Shown piece after piece: positions 17,169 through 20,439 of a DNA stretch of 20,439 bases (positions are counted from its first letter, which is position 1; the number at the start of each line of letters is the position of its first letter). The position numbers and the translations under genes were made by a program. The stretch is taken from positions 1 to 20,439 of the forward strand of contig JAVHOV010000009.1 of NCBI GenBank assembly GCA_036170245.1, in the 5' to 3' direction. The notes beneath the pieces were generated by a model. That model searched no databases and was not told the DNA's origin. It was given only the letters and a program-made list of their open reading frames with translations. This stretch comes from an archaeon. Lineage in GTDB: Archaea > Iainarchaeota > Iainarchaeia > Iainarchaeales > JAAZKV01.

Positions 17169-17561
17169 TTATCTTCTTAAAATATTATTCCACCTTACTG
17201 CATCAAGCGCAAGTTTTCCAAAACCATTTCTCTTTGGTTGAGCTCGCATTGCAGGTGGATTAATATTATTAGAAAACATTTCGCCTAAAAAACTTCTTTT
17301 CTGAACTGGTTGAGGAAGAGGTCTTTGTGCAAGAGGTCTTCTAAATTGAGATGGTGATGTGATTGGAACTCGGGCAGATCTCGCTTGGGCGTAAGAACTT
17401 TGTCCATTTGGCCAAAGTCTTCTAGAGGAAAACCTTCTTTGCAACTGAGGAGAACGAAATTGGTTTGGATTTGGAATAAATCTTCCTGTTGGGTGGTACA
17501 ATCTTTGCTGAACTGGAAAAACAAAATCAATTACATTACCTATAATTCCCATTTTTACCAA
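17169..17561 (-). CDS. Hypothetical low-complexity Arg/Pro/Gln-rich protein
   Basis: 130-aa ORF that tiles tightly between its neighbours on the same strand. Very few acidic residues; ATG 17552 is a possible start. Confidence 0.6.
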   Translation of the reverse strand: MVKMGIIGNVIDFVFPVQQRLYHPTGRFIPNPNQFRSPQLQRRFSSRRLWPNGQSSYAQARSARVPITSPSQFRRPLAQRPLPQPVQKRSFLGEMFSNNINPPAMRAQPKRNGFGKLALDAVRWNNILRR

Positions 17562-17571
17562 AACCTTATTT

Positions 17572-18087
17572 TTATGAAAACTTCTTCTTCATTGCTGATG
17601 AAGTAAATACGCTCTTGAACTTTTTTGTTTTTGCAGGCATCTTTAAGGGAGGCAATTTAAATGTATAAACCTCTTGCATGTATTTCCTTTCAAGCATTTT
17701 TCTTTTTATTGAATCATTTAATTTTGAAGAAACTGATTTTGAAATTGAAGAAAGTTGTGCTTGGGCTGCAGAAGATACGATTTCAGTACTTTTTGTTCTG
17801 TTTTCTTTTTTAACTAAGTCAGGAAATGATTTGTATAACTCAAATTCCTGTTGGACTAAACCTTTTAGTCTTTTTTTAATTAATAAAAAAATTATTGGGT
17901 TTAATGGACTGAATCTTCTAATTAATAAAAGTGTTTTGTATACTTTTTCATATTCTTCAATTAGTTTTCTTGCTTCTGCATCTTTTGTTCCTGGGGGGAT
18001 AATCCTTGTTTCATAATTAGAACCTATTTTCTGAGTTTTAGCTAGTTGACTTGGTGAATTTTTTTTAGTTTCAGCCATAGTATTCAC
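17572..18087 (-). CDS. Hypothetical basic (Lys/Ser-rich) protein
   Basis: 171-aa ORF starting 5 bp after the alaS stop; ATG 18078 is a possible start. No family recognised. Confidence 0.65.
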   Translation of the reverse strand: MNTMAETKKNSPSQLAKTQKIGSNYETRIIPPGTKDAEARKLIEEYEKVYKTLLLIRRFSPLNPIIFLLIKKRLKGLVQQEFELYKSFPDLVKKENRTKSTEIVSSAAQAQLSSISKSVSSKLNDSIKRKMLERKYMQEVYTFKLPPLKMPAKTKKFKSVFTSSAMKKKFS

Positions 18088-18092
18088 AAAAA

Positions 18093-19961
18093 TTATTCTA
18101 AAACTGCCTTTATTCTTCTAATTCCTGCTGCAACTGCTTCCTGTTTTGCAATTCTAAACTTGCCCATTCCTTTAGTATTTTCAACATGAGGTCCGCCACA
18201 AATTTCTTTTGAATAAATTTCATTTCCTTTCTTTATAGTGTAAACTTTAACTTTGTCTCCGTACTTTGAATCAAATACTCCGTGAGCCCCACTCTTCTTA
18301 GCTTCTTCAATTGGTAAAATCTCCATTACTACTTCGCATTCTTGGGCTATAACATTATTTACCCAATCTTCAACTTTCTTTACTTGTTCATCAGTTAATT
18401 TTTCAATTGCGTTAAAATCAAATCTTGCTCTCTCAGCAGTAATGTTAGCACCTTTTTGTGAAATGTTAGGATTAACTATTACTCTTAGAGCTGCATCAAG
18501 CAAGTGAGTTGCTGTGTGAAGTTTAGTTGTTGCAATACTTGCATCAGCTAATCCCCCTTTGAACTTTTGTTCAGCTCCTTTTCTTGATAAGTCTTGGTGC
18601 TCTTTTAATAAATTTTCAAATCCTTTTTCGTCCACAGTAAATCCTTTTTCAGCACACATCTCTCGCGTCATTTCAATTGGAAAACCAAATGATTGGTACA
18701 AATCAAATGCTCCTTTTGCATTTAGTTGTTTATTTGGGGATTGTCCAACAAAAGCTGTTGCTTTTGTTGTCTCCTTTGCATTGCTGCAGGATCCAAGAAA
18801 TTGTAATTTCTTTTCAAGTACTTTAGTTCCGTTCTCAAGTGCTGTAGAAAATTTCTCTTCTTCTTTTTCAAGTTCAAAGTATATTCTTTCTTTATTCTTT
18901 TCAACTTCAGGATAAACTTTTCCCATTACACTAACAACAATAATAGCAACGTTCTTGCAAAACTTTTCATTAATTCCAAGTAACCTTGCATGCCTAATAC
19001 TTCTTCTGATAAATTTTCTTAAAACATATCCTTGGTCAACATTGCTTGGAGTAATACTCTTATCATCACCTAAAATCATTACACTTGCACGCAAATGATC
19101 TGTGATAACTCTTGCACTTTTCTTTTCAGAATCAGTTAAATCATTTTGTGTTTTTCCTTTCCTGTTAGAGAGTTCCAAAACTTTATTAAAAATTGGTTTT
19201 AGAGTATCAACTTCATAAGCATTAGTAAATCCGTTCAATACAGCCACAGTTCTTTCAACACCCATTCCTGTATCAATATTTTTTTGCTTTCCTTCTTCAT
19301 ATTTTCCTTCTTTGTTTTTATTGTACTGCATTAATACATCATTCCAAATCTCGCAGAACTTTCCCTGCTTATTTAATTTTACAAATTCCTCAGTGCTGCT
19401 TTCCTGCATGTCCAAAACATGGTAAAACATTTCAGTATCAGGTCCGCAAGGTCCAGTTTCTCCGGCTGGTCCCCACCAATTATCTTCTTTTGGAAGAAAG
19501 TGAATCCTTGATTTATTTAATCCTAAATTTTCCCAAGTGGATGCAGTTTCAGTATCCTTTGGGCAGTCATTGTCACCAATAAATGCAGTAACACTTAATC
19601 GTTCTAGCGGAATTGCTAAACAATTTTTGCTAGTTAAAAATTCAAAACTAAAACTAATTATTTCTTTCTTAAAATAATCTCCTAAACTCCAATTACCCAT
19701 CATTTCAAAAAAACTCAAGTGCCAAGAATCCCCAACATCATCAATGTCCCCAGTTCTAATGCATTTTTGAACATCGCAAAGCCTCTTTCCTTCTGGATGA
19801 GGCTCTCCAAGTAAATAAGGTACTAAAGGGTGCATTCCTGCAGTAGTAAACAAAACAGTTGGATCATTTTCCGGAATCAAGGATGCACTTGGAATTATTA
19901 CGTGGCCCTTGGATTTGAAAAAATCCAAGTACTTTTTTCTAAGTTCTTGACAAGTAATCAT
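18093..19961 (-). CDS. alaS: Alanine--tRNA ligase, short form lacking the C-Ala domain
   Basis: DPTVLFTTAGM, QKCIRT, FFEMMGNWS, GPCGP, EIWNDV, IDTGMGVER, DHLRA, YQSFGFP, and editing domain HTATH...EICGGPH. It ends at GIRRIKAVLE (622 aa). Confidence 0.97.
   Translation of the reverse strand: MITCQELRKKYLDFFKSKGHVIIPSASLIPENDPTVLFTTAGMHPLVPYLLGEPHPEGKRLCDVQKCIRTGDIDDVGDSWHLSFFEMMGNWSLGDYFKKEIISFSFEFLTSKNCLAIPLERLSVTAFIGDNDCPKDTETASTWENLGLNKSRIHFLPKEDNWWGPAGETGPCGPDTEMFYHVLDMQESSTEEFVKLNKQGKFCEIWNDVLMQYNKNKEGKYEEGKQKNIDTGMGVERTVAVLNGFTNAYEVDTLKPIFNKVLELSNRKGKTQNDLTDSEKKSARVITDHLRASVMILGDDKSITPSNVDQGYVLRKFIRRSIRHARLLGINEKFCKNVAIIVVSVMGKVYPEVEKNKERIYFELEKEEEKFSTALENGTKVLEKKLQFLGSCSNAKETTKATAFVGQSPNKQLNAKGAFDLYQSFGFPIEMTREMCAEKGFTVDEKGFENLLKEHQDLSRKGAEQKFKGGLADASIATTKLHTATHLLDAALRVIVNPNISQKGANITAERARFDFNAIEKLTDEQVKKVEDWVNNVIAQECEVVMEILPIEEAKKSGAHGVFDSKYGDKVKVYTIKKGNEIYSKEICGGPHVENTKGMGKFRIAKQEAVAAGIRRIKAVLE
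18746..18769. repeat. Perfect 10-bp inverted repeat inside alaS
   Basis: CAACAAAAGC-tgtt-GCTTTTGTTG. Confidence 0.85.
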
Positions 19962-20046
19962 TAGTTTTCACTCTAAATAAAAGGGGTCAAGAAATTATTT
20001 AAATCAAACGCTTTGAAATAGTTAGACAAGTTTTTCACTTTTAATT

Positions 20047-20439
20047 TTATTTTTCAAGTAACCATTTCCATAAAGGGACATATTTTACTCCATTTTCAAT
20101 TTTTTCTGTATTTTTTGTTATTATTAATTGATTGACTTTTTTGTTTTGTTGTTTAAATTCTTCAAGACCTTTGGTTTCACGCGTGTTTATTTCATCTGTG
20201 TAAGTTACGTTTATTGCATCCAAAGAATTGTTCATATTTTTTATGACAAAATCTATTTCATTTGTTCCTTTCCAATAGTATATTTCTTTATTTTGTCTTT
20301 TTAATTCTAAAAACACTATATTTTCAGCTAATTTGCCAGTGTCTTCTGAAAACTTAAATGCCACTACATTTCGCATTCCATTATCAATACAATATATTTT
20401 GCTTGGACGAGTTTTTTGTTCTTTAAGCGAGTAAGAAAA
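20047..20439 (-). CDS. ATP-binding protein of the AAA_14 + DUF4143 family, 3' part only
   Basis: Frame is open to the window edge: FSYSLKEQKTRPSKIYCIDNGMRN...GKLAENIVFLEL...IYYWK...EIDFV...VPLWKWLL. Confidence 0.88.
   Translation of the reverse strand, partial: FSYSLKEQKTRPSKIYCIDNGMRNVVAFKFSEDTGKLAENIVFLELKRQNKEIYYWKGTNEIDFVIKNMNNSLDAINVTYTDEINTRETKGLEEFKQQNKKVNQLIITKNTEKIENGVKYVPLWKWLLEK

Noticed and set aside
505..18915. Short antisense or overlapping ORFs in the track (505-738, 2123-2377, 4900-5103, 5304-5603, 6728-6949, 9311-9610, 10488-10676, 11096-11290, 11338-11532, 11941-12165, 12135-12317, 12476-12667, 13666-13923, 15358-15582, 16635-16829, 17285-17530, 17385-17606, 17678-18016, 18559-18915, 18722-18904)
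   Set aside because: They are shadows of longer or better-supported genes and show no recognisable motifs.
1..20439. CRISPR array, rRNA or alternative genetic code
   Set aside because: No regularly spaced direct repeats or rRNA-like sequence were seen. Conserved genes translate full length with TGG for Trp, and TGA acts as a stop at 3202-3204.

Overview
AT-rich, gene-dense window read with the standard code. It is most consistent with a small-genome archaeon (DPANN-like, possibly Diapherotrites/Iainarchaeia). This is an inference from GGTGA/AGGTG ribosome-binding sites ahead of TTG/GTG/ATG starts, a tRNA gene without encoded CCA, the short form of AlaRS and a cluster of basic ORFans. The left edge is accessory: a truncated IS5/IS4-type transposase abutting a Cys-repeat gene remnant, then an ORFan. 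The rest contains a Ca2+/H+ antiporter, small membrane and Zn-finger proteins, a split ferritin-like gene, a SAM methyltransferase, tandem SlyD-like FKBP PPIases, a degenerate flavodoxin, tRNA-Arg(TCT), a GltD-like flavoprotein without its Fe-S domain, lysC-asd, a GalE-like epimerase, a YhhQ preQ0/preQ1 transporter, argS, three basic ORFans, alaS and the 3' end of an AAA_14/DUF4143 ATPase. Best leads: (1) a probably exported ORFan with TIKI/TraB/EreA/ChaN-like catalytic motifs in a three-ORFan cassette between alaS and argS; (2) a palindromic in-frame insertion inside alaS; (3) a lipoprotein plus cytoplasmic FKBP pair sharing identical DNA tracts; (4) a ferritin-like gene that lost exactly its first ExxH motif. 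All family calls are by motif recognition; no database search was run.
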